A stretch of DNA of 12,655 nt from a bacterium (GTDB lineage: Bacteria > DRYD01). The stretch spans positions 1 through 12,655 of the forward strand of contig JBCNVB010000021.1 of NCBI GenBank assembly GCA_039630415.1. Reading direction: 5' to 3'. Shown here one piece after another: positions 1 to 8,926 of this stretch (its first letter is position 1; each line of letters opens with the position of its first letter). The translations under genes were made by a program, and so were the position numbers. Below the pieces are notes generated by a model that saw only the letters and a program-made list of their open reading frames with translations, was not told the origin of the DNA and made no database searches.

Positions 1-35
1 GCTATTAAGATAATGAGTACTGCAATTATCCTCAT
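1..35 (-). CDS. 5' end of a probable secreted or membrane protein (partial, runs off the left edge)
   Basis: ATG at 35 reads MRIIAVLIILIA..., a basic residue followed by a hydrophobic run, like a signal peptide or TM start. It lies 9 nt after the tmk stop, with GGGGAG about 12 nt upstream. Only 11 full codons are visible. Confidence 0.55.
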   Translation of the reverse strand, partial: MRIIAVLIILI

Positions 36-44
36 ATTCTATTA

Positions 45-698
45 TTACTCCCCGACCCCTTTATATACCAAAATTATTTTATCAACTATTATCTTTATCA
101 TCTTAGAAATTACCTCATCAACAGAGAGCCTTGAGGTATTAAAAAAGAAAAACAATCTATCAGGTATAATTAGAGGAAGTAGTCTATAAAGTTGCATTAT
201 CTGCTCTGGTTGGTAAGTATCAAACATTTTTTTATGATTTTTTTGTCTAATTCTTTCTTTTATGTCTTCAGGATCTGCTTCTAGAATAAAAGTCAAGCTT
301 GGATATAGATCTAGATTGTCAAATATTATCTTTTGATGTATTTGAGTAAAAGTTTCGAAATCAATAGCCTTTTGAAGAAGTACTTGATACACAAGTGTAC
401 TATCGATATATCTATCCATTAGGATTATATCTGGTTTTTGATTTTGAAAGTTTGACAAGATATTTGATAGGAGCATTTTTCTAGATGTTAGGAAGAGTAG
501 AAGTAGATGAGTACCTTGTTGGATTGGTGTAGAGTATATGTACTCTTTTAGGAAATATGGTTCGCTATATTTTTGAATTTTTAGGTAGGGATAGAGAGTT
601 GATAACCTTTCATACAGTTTCTGGCAAATGGTTGATTTACCACTACCATCTACTCCCTCTATCGCTAGAATGTTCATCCTTGTTATATTTTTTGACAT
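45..698 (-). CDS. tmk: Thymidylate (dTMP) kinase
   Basis: P-loop IEGVDGSGKST, the (Y/F)SEP segment and the DRYIDS signature are present. Length is 217 aa. An alternative start at Met8 (677) is possible. Confidence 0.93.
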   Translation of the reverse strand: MSKNITRMNILAIEGVDGSGKSTICQKLYERLSTLYPYLKIQKYSEPYFLKEYIYSTPIQQGTHLLLLFLTSRKMLLSNILSNFQNQKPDIILMDRYIDSTLVYQVLLQKAIDFETFTQIHQKIIFDNLDLYPSLTFILEADPEDIKERIRQKNHKKMFDTYQPEQIMQLYRLLPLIIPDRLFFFFNTSRLSVDEVISKMIKIIVDKIILVYKGVGE

Positions 699-699
699 C

Positions 700-3600
700 C
701 TAAATATTTTGTCCTTTCAGATTTAGAGTAATTATATGTTGTGTTTCATTAAGTAGCTCTTGTATTAAAGCTACGGGATTTTTTAGATTTTGTTCCACTT
801 CGTCTATCTTTTTTAGCAAATCTTTTGTTCTCTGTTCACTTACAAAATCTGAATACCTATCATGAAGTATCTGATCCACTATGATTCCTTTTTTTGTAGG
901 TATAAGTTTGTTGAATTTTTCAATTACGTATCCTCTTGAGAGTATTTTTTGGATTGTTGAAGAGTAAGTTGAAGGTCTACCTATTTCTTTTTCTTTCATC
1001 ATTTTTATGATATCCGCTTGTGAATATAGAATAGTTGTCGGTTTTTTTATGTTCTTAACCCTTACAGTATATTTCCCCTTTTGTAGATAAGGAGATTTAT
1101 AAACCAAGTATGGAAAAATTTGGAAAGCTAATCCTTCAAAATCGACTACTCTGTTTTGTTCTATTGAATTCTCTTTATCTCCTTTTCTGAGCGAAAATCT
1201 ATATTTTACAACTTTAACTCTATTATTGTCTGTAAAGCAAGCCAGGAATCTTTTATAGATCATCTCATAGAGCCTCAGCTCTTGGTTAGAGATTTTATCC
1301 TGATAAAGAACTTTTATATCGTCTGGTTCTAAAGGTTTAGTTATTCTTATAGCTTCGTGGGTATGTGCTTTTTCAAAACTTTTATAAGTAAATTCCCACC
1401 CATTTTTAGAGAAAATTTCTTTAGCTATGTTTATCCCCTGATCAGAAATATAATAGCTGTCAGTTCTGTGATAGGTTATTAAACCGTTTTCAAATAACTT
1501 TTGAAGTATTTGCATGCAGGTGGAGGTATCAATTTTTAAAACATTGTTGGCAAATATGAGAATATCAGAGGTATTAAACGGATATACGTTAAACTTTTCA
1601 TAAAATTCATCCAATATGTCTATTTCTAGTTCAGCTTCGTTCCTTATTTCAGAATCAATAAATTGAAGATTAAATTCCTCGACAATAGCAACTCTTTTTT
1701 TATTATTGTATTCTTTATATCTTTGAACTATCCAATGAAGGATAGGGCTTTGAACTCTACCAGCTGAAATGTTATACTCACCCATTTCATCCTGTAATAT
1801 TTTGCTTAAAGCAAAACCTATCCACCTATCTTCTATCCTCCTTACCAATTGAGCATCAACTAAATTCTTTCTTATCTCCGTTGGATTTTGCAAGGAATTC
1901 ACTATTGCTCTTTTAGTTACCTCGTTGAAAACTATTCTAAAGTATTTCCGTGGACGTAGTAAATTGACCAAGTCAAAAGATATTTTTTCTCCTTCACTAT
2001 CTGGGTCAGTTGCTACTATTATTCCGTCTACAAAGTAACTCAAAGATTTCAAACTATTAACATTATCCATCGTTGAAACTATACTTTCCGAAGAGCAGTA
2101 AATACATCTATCAAGCCTAGAAGCAAATACTCTATTACAATCTCTACACTTTTTTATGAAACAATATATCAGTTTTACATTCATTAAATCCTGAACATTT
2201 TCTATGATCACATTGTAAATATTGTTTTGGTTATCTGAAGAGTTATCAGACTGATCCACTGACAGTTCCACAATATGTCCTAAAGACGGCACTATGATTA
2301 GTATTCCCATAGGACTAAAAACTTCATATGCAGTTACATTCCCTATCTTAGTTACTCCAGGATTTCCAAACATTCCAGCTATTTGTTTAGCTTTGGTAGG
2401 ACTTTCTACTATCATTAAGTAGGTTTTAAAGTCTATATATGTATTCAAATCAATCTGATCATTATCTTTCCTCCTACTACTATCAACCTCACCTAAGCAT
2501 TGATCAATATTAATCCTATCTAACGTTAAAATCTCAAAATTATTAAAGTATGCACTCTTCGAGAAAGGTTCTAAGAATATTTCATCGTCAAATATAAAGC
2601 TTACCCCTTTTGTTACTCCGTAAGGGGTTATTCTAGATGATCTACCCGAAGCTTGTAAATAAGTCTTTACATCTATCGAGTAAAGAGTATCATCCTTTAT
2701 AACAAAAGTACTAATAATTTTTGGTTGCTGTATTTGTTTAATAAAATCTTTTATTCTTTCCAGAGTAACCATTTTCTTTCTGAAAAAAAGGAAAGACAAC
2801 ATCTTTTGAATTGGATATATGTTTCTATAGTTTTCCAAATTATTAAGGTTTAGTTTTCTTTTGGGGATTCCCCAAAAAACTACGTATCTTATTTTATAAG
2901 GTAGATCTAGTCCTCTGACCAAAACACTGTAAGGTGAACATACCCCAATCAGATAACTGAGTTCTCCATTATTAATAAGCACATCTTCATCAATTAGTTC
3001 GTTCATATCTTCATTTTCTTCACCATTTTCTATGTTTATTTCTTCCATTTCTTCATCAGTCTGATAGATATCAATCAAATCATCTATTTTTTGTATGTTT
3101 TTTGAGCTAATAAATTTGCTATTGGGTATTATTTTTTCGAGTTCAATGGCTTCTTCTTGAGATTCAGTAAATATGATAGCCCCAGGACCCATTCTGTTGA
3201 GTATTTCAATTAATTTATTGTAATTCTTCGGTCCTACAAAAATATCATCTATATTCCTAACAAAATTTATCGAACTACCAACATCAAAATTCAATAGCTT
3301 TCTGAATAGCAAACTATTTATCCCTTTTTTCATAGTAGCTGAAGATATTACAAGTATTCCTTTATCCCGTAGATTCACAGATATGTTTTGGTTAGATTTA
3401 AGTTCTTGATCTATTTGCAATGGATTCTTTTTTGCAACTTCAATAACATGATCATCAAACCCAAGTAGTTTAAGTATTCTAAAAGTATTCCTAGATCCCT
3501 TAGATATGCTATCTAGATCATCAACGAAAATGTAATCAAATTTATAATCTTCTAATATCTCAAATCTTCTTGCTAGAAATTGATTAGTTATAACAAGAAG

Positions 3601-4041
3601 TTTATAATCTTGTTCTGATATTCTACTAATTTTTTCATCCTTTATTTGTTTGGTTTCATATGAAAGAAAAAAAAGATATTCAGATTCATCTATTTTTCTT
3701 CCTATGTATTGCTCTACCTTAGGTAAATATTTTAGCAAGTTTTCCTGGGTTTGTTTTACTAGAAGTTGACTTGGAAATATCATTAAACTCCTTTTATTTT
3801 TAATAAAGCAAGAATACAAAGCTAGGAACAATCCAAGAATCGTCTTGCCTGTTCCTGTAGGACATACCATCGAAAAACAAAGATCTGCAAAAAATCTTTT
3901 ACAATAATTTCTCTGTATTGATTTAAGAGGATAACCAAAACAATATTCAAAGAATTTCTCAAAACTTTTTAGTTCACTATCTATCCTCTCAAAATCAAGA
4001 TAAGATTGAGGTAACTCTTGGTATAATACAGTTATACTCAT
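700..4041 (-). CDS. rgy: Reverse gyrase (SF2 helicase-like domain fused to type IA topoisomerase)
   Basis: Helicase motifs: PTGTGKT, FVDDLD, SSAT, VRGLDLP, YLQASGRSSR. Toprim motifs: IVESPTKA and ATDPDSEGE. Also SAGRVQSP, catalytic Tyr857 in LITYHRTDS, GRPSTY, and an internal CxxC...CxxC zinc finger (C632/635/646/649). Length is 1113 aa. Confidence 0.97.
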   Translation of the reverse strand: MSITVLYQELPQSYLDFERIDSELKSFEKFFEYCFGYPLKSIQRNYCKRFFADLCFSMVCPTGTGKTILGLFLALYSCFIKNKRSLMIFPSQLLVKQTQENLLKYLPKVEQYIGRKIDESEYLFFLSYETKQIKDEKISRISEQDYKLLVITNQFLARRFEILEDYKFDYIFVDDLDSISKGSRNTFRILKLLGFDDHVIEVAKKNPLQIDQELKSNQNISVNLRDKGILVISSATMKKGINSLLFRKLLNFDVGSSINFVRNIDDIFVGPKNYNKLIEILNRMGPGAIIFTESQEEAIELEKIIPNSKFISSKNIQKIDDLIDIYQTDEEMEEINIENGEENEDMNELIDEDVLINNGELSYLIGVCSPYSVLVRGLDLPYKIRYVVFWGIPKRKLNLNNLENYRNIYPIQKMLSFLFFRKKMVTLERIKDFIKQIQQPKIISTFVIKDDTLYSIDVKTYLQASGRSSRITPYGVTKGVSFIFDDEIFLEPFSKSAYFNNFEILTLDRINIDQCLGEVDSSRRKDNDQIDLNTYIDFKTYLMIVESPTKAKQIAGMFGNPGVTKIGNVTAYEVFSPMGILIIVPSLGHIVELSVDQSDNSSDNQNNIYNVIIENVQDLMNVKLIYCFIKKCRDCNRVFASRLDRCIYCSSESIVSTMDNVNSLKSLSYFVDGIIVATDPDSEGEKISFDLVNLLRPRKYFRIVFNEVTKRAIVNSLQNPTEIRKNLVDAQLVRRIEDRWIGFALSKILQDEMGEYNISAGRVQSPILHWIVQRYKEYNNKKRVAIVEEFNLQFIDSEIRNEAELEIDILDEFYEKFNVYPFNTSDILIFANNVLKIDTSTCMQILQKLFENGLITYHRTDSYYISDQGINIAKEIFSKNGWEFTYKSFEKAHTHEAIRITKPLEPDDIKVLYQDKISNQELRLYEMIYKRFLACFTDNNRVKVVKYRFSLRKGDKENSIEQNRVVDFEGLAFQIFPYLVYKSPYLQKGKYTVRVKNIKKPTTILYSQADIIKMMKEKEIGRPSTYSSTIQKILSRGYVIEKFNKLIPTKKGIIVDQILHDRYSDFVSEQRTKDLLKKIDEVEQNLKNPVALIQELLNETQHIITLNLKGQNI

Positions 4042-4044
4042 AGT

Positions 4045-4962
4045 TTACACTTTTTGAACTTGTTTGTAGTATTCCTTTATCTTTGCCGGTAATTTTTGAT
4101 TGAGTATATTTTCAGCAAGTATTGAACATTGTATTAATTTTTCCAGATCCAAGTCAGTTTGAATTCCGAGTGTTTGTAGTAAGTAAACAGTATCTTCAGT
4201 AGCAATGTTTCCTGCTGCTCCAGGAGCAAAAGGACATCCTCCCATTCCACCTATTGAACAATCAACCTCATCTATACCCGCTTTTATTGCTTCTACTAAA
4301 TTTACTAAACCTATTCCTCTTGTATCATGCAGATGAATTATAAAACTCACCTCTGGATATAAGCTTTTTAACTCAGATACATATTGATATACTTGCTGCG
4401 GGGTAGCTTCACCAGTTGTATCAGCCAGCATTATCTTTTTTATACCATTTTTTACCCAGAATTCTACTATTTTCACTACCTGTTTAAATGGTACTTCTTT
4501 TTGAATTGGACATCCAAAAGCTGCTGACACCCCTCCTTCTAAACATATCCCATTATCAGTACACATCTTTATCATTTCGTAAGCCTCTTGCATTGATTCT
4601 TCTATCGTCCTATTATTATTTTTTTTGTTTAGACTCTCAGATGCAAATATTGTAGTTGTTAGATACTTTACTTTGTTTTCTATTGCTCTTGTTACACCTT
4701 TAATATTTAAAACTAGGCAAGCGTATGTAACATTTGGAGTTTTATCTATTAATTCTAAGACTTTTTCAGCGTCTGCGAGATTAGGCACCAGCTTGGGATT
4801 TACAAAAGAAGTAACCTCTATATGCCTTAAACCAGTCTTACTTAGGCAGTTAATTAGTTCAACCTTTTTTTGAGTATCTACAAACTGATTTTGTATTTGA
4901 AACCCTTCCCGAGGTCCTAATTCCCTAATAGTTATTTTTTTACCTGTAATCTGACCGTTCAT
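4045..4962 (-). CDS. Hydroxymethylglutaryl-CoA lyase family protein (DRE-TIM metallolyase)
   Basis: ELGPREGFQ active-site helix, IEVTSFV, LADTTG, metal-binding HLHDTRG and catalytic-Cys loop GGCPFAPGAAGNIATED. RBS AGGAGGAAGGT lies upstream. Confidence 0.9.
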   Translation of the reverse strand: MNGQITGKKITIRELGPREGFQIQNQFVDTQKKVELINCLSKTGLRHIEVTSFVNPKLVPNLADAEKVLELIDKTPNVTYACLVLNIKGVTRAIENKVKYLTTTIFASESLNKKNNNRTIEESMQEAYEMIKMCTDNGICLEGGVSAAFGCPIQKEVPFKQVVKIVEFWVKNGIKKIMLADTTGEATPQQVYQYVSELKSLYPEVSFIIHLHDTRGIGLVNLVEAIKAGIDEVDCSIGGMGGCPFAPGAAGNIATEDTVYLLQTLGIQTDLDLEKLIQCSILAENILNQKLPAKIKEYYKQVQKV

Positions 4963-6655
4963 TTTTACCTTCCTCCTGATAGTTTATGTAAGGCTTTATA
5001 GAATATCTAGATATTATGATTGAAGCAACTTCTCTAAAGATTGGTGCAGCTACTTGTCCACCATAGTACATCCCAACAGGTTCTTTTACAGATACAACTA
5101 TTATATACTGCGGATCAAAGTAAGGGAAAAATCCAACAAAAGAAGCAATATATTTTCCTGCTAAATATCCACCATTAGGAGATGGTACTTGTGCAGTACC
5201 CGTTTTACCTGCACAAAAATATCCCTTAATTTCAGCCTTTTTTCCTGTTCCTCTCACCACTACACTTCTTAGATATTTTCTTGCCTCCTTAACAGTAAAA
5301 TCAGATAAAACTTTTTCACCATACCTGTTTTTCCCATGTATTAGAGTAAGGGGAACCTTATATCCTCCATTCGCAATAATTGTCATAAGTCTGAGAATAT
5401 GTAGCGGAGTAATAGCTATTCCTTGTCCAAAAGATATAGTTGCAAGTCTAATATTTGGTTCATTAGTTAAGTCACCAACAAGAGGTTTAACATCCGAAGG
5501 ATGTTCTATACCAGAATATTCATAAAATCCTAGCTTTTCGAGAAATTTTATAAAATTTTCCCTCCCAATTGCTTGCATCAAAGATACAGTACCGACATTA
5601 AAAGAGTATGTTAAAATATCTTCTATTGTTTCGTACCCCGAAGTATAAAGCCCATCGTCTGCATTGTATATTACCCAACCATCTACTGTAATTGAAGGTC
5701 CACTGTAAAACTTTTGGTAAGGGGATAATTTACTTTCCAATGCAGCAACTACTGTAAAAACTTTAAAAACAGATCCAGGTTCATATAGTTTATTTATCCC
5801 GCCTATTACAAAGTCTTTTTCTTCCCTATCTACACTAACACACGCAAGTATTTCTCCATTCTTATTAGAAACAACTATCGTTACTTCTGAAGCTTGATGA
5901 TATTCTAATTTCTGTTTTGCAAGAATATCTATACTCTGCTGTAAGAATACATCAATAGATAGTTTGACGTCTTTACCTTCAACAGGAGGTACATACTTCA
6001 ATACCCTGTTATAATTAGGGTTACCTAAAGCATCAAAAATAAGTTCATAGTATCCGTATTTACCAGTAATTTGGCTATTTGATTTATCTAGATAAAGCTC
6101 TACTCCCTCCAAACCCCTATCGTCTATATCAACCATACCGATTATATCGGTTAAACATTCAAAGTTGTAGTGTCTCTTTCCAGACGGTTCTTTTATAACC
6201 TCTATTCCTTGAATTGAATTAATATCCTTTAAATCATGCATATCATGTGTAAACTTTCTTGCTATGAAATAGAAAGGTATGTTTTCTTCCTTAAGAGACT
6301 TAATCAAATTATCAAATTCTTTAGCATTTTGTTTTATAGGTACACCTTTTTCTTTCAAAAGGTGATATATCTCTTGGGTTTTGGATATATCGATTTTGGT
6401 GGGCCTGATCGCAATACTGTAAGAGGGCAAAGAATAGGCTAAAATAACACCATTTCTATCAAGTATTCTACCTCTGAAAGAAGGGATCTCTATCCTTCCT
6501 ATTGTTTGTTGCTTAAATTTTTTATCGTAAAATTCATGATTAATTACATGAACTTCTACAAGCTTATATATTATTAGCAAACAAAATGCTAGGCAGAAAA
6601 AGTAAAAGATAAGCAATCTTCGATTGAGATTCTTTTGATAGTTTTTGAGTCTCAT
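4940..6655 (-). CDS. Class B penicillin-binding protein / peptidoglycan D,D-transpeptidase (FtsI/SpoVD-like, no PASTA domain)
   Basis: N-terminal TM anchor, pedestal motifs RGRILDRNG, GLEGVE and GKDVKLSID, and transpeptidase motifs SxxK (EPGSVFK), SxN (YSFN) and KTG (GKTGTAQ). Confidence 0.93.
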   Translation of the reverse strand: MRLKNYQKNLNRRLLIFYFFCLAFCLLIIYKLVEVHVINHEFYDKKFKQQTIGRIEIPSFRGRILDRNGVILAYSLPSYSIAIRPTKIDISKTQEIYHLLKEKGVPIKQNAKEFDNLIKSLKEENIPFYFIARKFTHDMHDLKDINSIQGIEVIKEPSGKRHYNFECLTDIIGMVDIDDRGLEGVELYLDKSNSQITGKYGYYELIFDALGNPNYNRVLKYVPPVEGKDVKLSIDVFLQQSIDILAKQKLEYHQASEVTIVVSNKNGEILACVSVDREEKDFVIGGINKLYEPGSVFKVFTVVAALESKLSPYQKFYSGPSITVDGWVIYNADDGLYTSGYETIEDILTYSFNVGTVSLMQAIGRENFIKFLEKLGFYEYSGIEHPSDVKPLVGDLTNEPNIRLATISFGQGIAITPLHILRLMTIIANGGYKVPLTLIHGKNRYGEKVLSDFTVKEARKYLRSVVVRGTGKKAEIKGYFCAGKTGTAQVPSPNGGYLAGKYIASFVGFFPYFDPQYIIVVSVKEPVGMYYGGQVAAPIFREVASIIISRYSIKPYINYQEEGKNERSDYR

Positions 6656-6660
6656 TATTG

Positions 6661-8091
6661 CTATACCATTTTAGATAAATTGAGTAACTCTTCGGCTTGA
6701 TCTTTAGGTAAGATGTTATACTTCAAAACGTATTCTTTTATGGTTAATTTTTCCTGGAGTGCTTTCTTAAATATTTCAGCTGCTTTATCATAACCTACAA
6801 TTTTTGCTAGTGGAGTAACTAGTGAAGGATTGAAGTTTACAATATTTTGTATTCTTTCAAGATTCGGTTTTAGGTTAAGAATTAGTTTATCTTTAATTAG
6901 ACTTGTTATGTTGTAGAGAATTTGGAAAGATTCAGATATAGCAAGAGCTACTAAGGGGAAGGTTGTAGACAACTCAAAATTCGAGTATTGATTAACTATG
7001 TTCAGAGAATATTCTAGTCCTATACAATAAGCGCATGCCATACCTACAGCTTCTGGAATAACTGGATTAACTTTTCCAGGCATTATAGATGAACCCGGTT
7101 GAAGTTCTGGAATAAAAAGCTCACCAATTCCCCCTACAGGTCCACTACCCATCCATCTTATATCATTCGTTATCTTCATTAAAGCTAAACAATAAGTCTT
7201 GTATGCACACATTAATTCTATGAATGTATCTATTGATGCTTGTGCTTCGAAATGATTTGTAGTCTCCTTTAGATCTGGATACAAACTGAAATCTATGTTT
7301 GGATAATAGTTTTTCAAATATCCATTTATTTTTTGAGTTACAAGTTTTCCGAATTCCTTGTGTGTATTTATTCCTGTCCCTACAGCTGTTCCTCCTATTG
7401 GTAATTCTCTTAGTCTTTTTATTGAATCTTTTATTCTTTCTATACTTAGTTCTATTTGTCTAGTGTATCCTGAAAACTCTTGTGATAGTAGGATTGGTGT
7501 TGCATCCATTAGGTGTGTTCTTCCTGTTTTTATTATCCCTTCGAATTCTTTTTCTTTTTGTTTGAAAGCTTCAAGTAATTCTTGTATTTTTTGAATGAGA
7601 TTAATAGAAAAAATGTAAGAAGCTATTCTGATGGATGTTGGTATTACATCGTTTGAAGATTGTCCTTTATTTACATCATCATTTGGGTGGATATATTTAG
7701 AACCTTTTTGCTTGCCTGCTAATTCTGAAGCCAGATTGGATATTACCTCGTTTACATTCATGTTAGTTGATGTACCTGATCCTGTTTGAAAAATATCCAA
7801 AGGAAAGTTGTCTTTGTATTTTTCCCAGTTATTGAGGATGGTATCACAAGCTGATATTATTAGTTCGGCTTTTGCAGGATCTAGGATATTTAGTTCTTTG
7901 TTAGTTTCAGCTGCAGCCTTTTTTATTAGAATGATTGCCTTTATTATTTCTGGATGCCAAGTTTTTGAGCTTACTTTAAAATTTTCTAATGCTCTTTGGG
8001 TTTGTGCTCCCCAGTATTTATCAACTGGAACTTCTACTACACCCATTGTATCAGTTTCTAACCTTACCAAGTTCACCACTCCTTCTTGCAT
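6661..8091 (-). CDS. fumC: Class II fumarate hydratase
   Basis: YWGAQTQRA, QTGSGTSTNMN, HPNDDVNKGQSSND, GRTHLMDA (His as in fumarases, where aspartase has Gln) and signature GSSIMPGKVNP. The real start may be TTG at 8070, 8 nt after GAAGGAG. Confidence 0.93.
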   Translation of the reverse strand: MQEGVVNLVRLETDTMGVVEVPVDKYWGAQTQRALENFKVSSKTWHPEIIKAIILIKKAAAETNKELNILDPAKAELIISACDTILNNWEKYKDNFPLDIFQTGSGTSTNMNVNEVISNLASELAGKQKGSKYIHPNDDVNKGQSSNDVIPTSIRIASYIFSINLIQKIQELLEAFKQKEKEFEGIIKTGRTHLMDATPILLSQEFSGYTRQIELSIERIKDSIKRLRELPIGGTAVGTGINTHKEFGKLVTQKINGYLKNYYPNIDFSLYPDLKETTNHFEAQASIDTFIELMCAYKTYCLALMKITNDIRWMGSGPVGGIGELFIPELQPGSSIMPGKVNPVIPEAVGMACAYCIGLEYSLNIVNQYSNFELSTTFPLVALAISESFQILYNITSLIKDKLILNLKPNLERIQNIVNFNPSLVTPLAKIVGYDKAAEIFKKALQEKLTIKEYVLKYNILPKDQAEELLNLSKMV

Positions 8092-8926
8092 TTATTATCT
8101 CTATTAGTTCATAAGCTTTGAAAGAAGTCCTTACATTTTTTCCTGCTTTTACAAATGCAAATCCTTTTGATAAAGCCGTCCTTTCTAGTTCTTCAAATTC
8201 TTCGTCGGTGTATATTTTTTTTACTTCTATGTTTTTTAAAGATGGTCTAAAATATTGACCGATTGTAAGAGCATCACATTCTACTTTTCTCAAATCATCC
8301 ATTGCTTCGTATACTTCTTCAACATATTCCCCAAAACCAACTATTATTGAACTTTTTGTTATTATTTTTGGATTTATCTGTTTTGCATTGTATAAAACAT
8401 TTAAGCTTTTTGTATAGCTAAATCTTCGATCTCTTATTATGGATGTTAGTCTTTTTACAGTTTCTATGTTATGTGCGAAAACATCTACTGTGTTGTCTTT
8501 TAGTAAATTTTCTAAGTTCTCCTTATCTAAGTCGCTTGTTAATATTTCAATATAGCATTGAGGGTTATAGTTTTTCAAGTAGAAAAATAGCTGTTTTAAA
8601 TAAGTTACTCCTTGGTCTGGTAAATCATCCCTTGTTACCATTGTAAAGGTATAGTATTTAAGTTTAAGTTCTGATAATTGCCTAGCAAAATTAGGAATGG
8701 ATTGATAGTTTATAGGTTTTGGTTTACCTTTTTTTATGTAGCAGAATCTGCAAGACCTTGTGCATATAGGACCCAGTAGTAGGAATGTTGCACTTAGTTT
8801 TTCCCAACAAAGACCTCTGTTAGGGCATCTAGCTTCTTGACATACAGTTGATATACCATATTCTTGAGATATTTTCCTTATTTGACTAGCATTTGGGCCA
8901 TCTGCAAAGTAAAATCTACTTTTCAT
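8051..8926 (-). CDS. lipA: Lipoyl synthase (radical SAM)
   Basis: Auxiliary-cluster motif CX4CX5C (CQEARCPNRGLC), radical SAM CX3CX2C (CTRSCRFC), RDDLPDQG, HNIETV, TIGQY and C-terminal R(S/T)S (VRTSF). Confidence 0.95.
   Translation of the reverse strand: MKSRFYFADGPNASQIRKISQEYGISTVCQEARCPNRGLCWEKLSATFLLLGPICTRSCRFCYIKKGKPKPINYQSIPNFARQLSELKLKYYTFTMVTRDDLPDQGVTYLKQLFFYLKNYNPQCYIEILTSDLDKENLENLLKDNTVDVFAHNIETVKRLTSIIRDRRFSYTKSLNVLYNAKQINPKIITKSSIIVGFGEYVEEVYEAMDDLRKVECDALTIGQYFRPSLKNIEVKKIYTDEEFEELERTALSKGFAFVKAGKNVRTSFKAYELIEIINARRSGELGKVRN

Noticed and set aside
2221..2262. S/D/N/Q-rich patch in reverse gyrase (SVDQSDNSSDNQNN) as an intein or repeat
   Set aside because: It is too short and has no intein terminal motifs or exact tandem repeat. 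It is likely a variable surface loop.
6661..8091. Aspartate ammonia-lyase (aspA) as an alternative call
   Set aside because: GRTHLMDA with His and QTGSGTS fit class II fumarase, whereas aspartase has GRTQLQDA and QGGAGTS.
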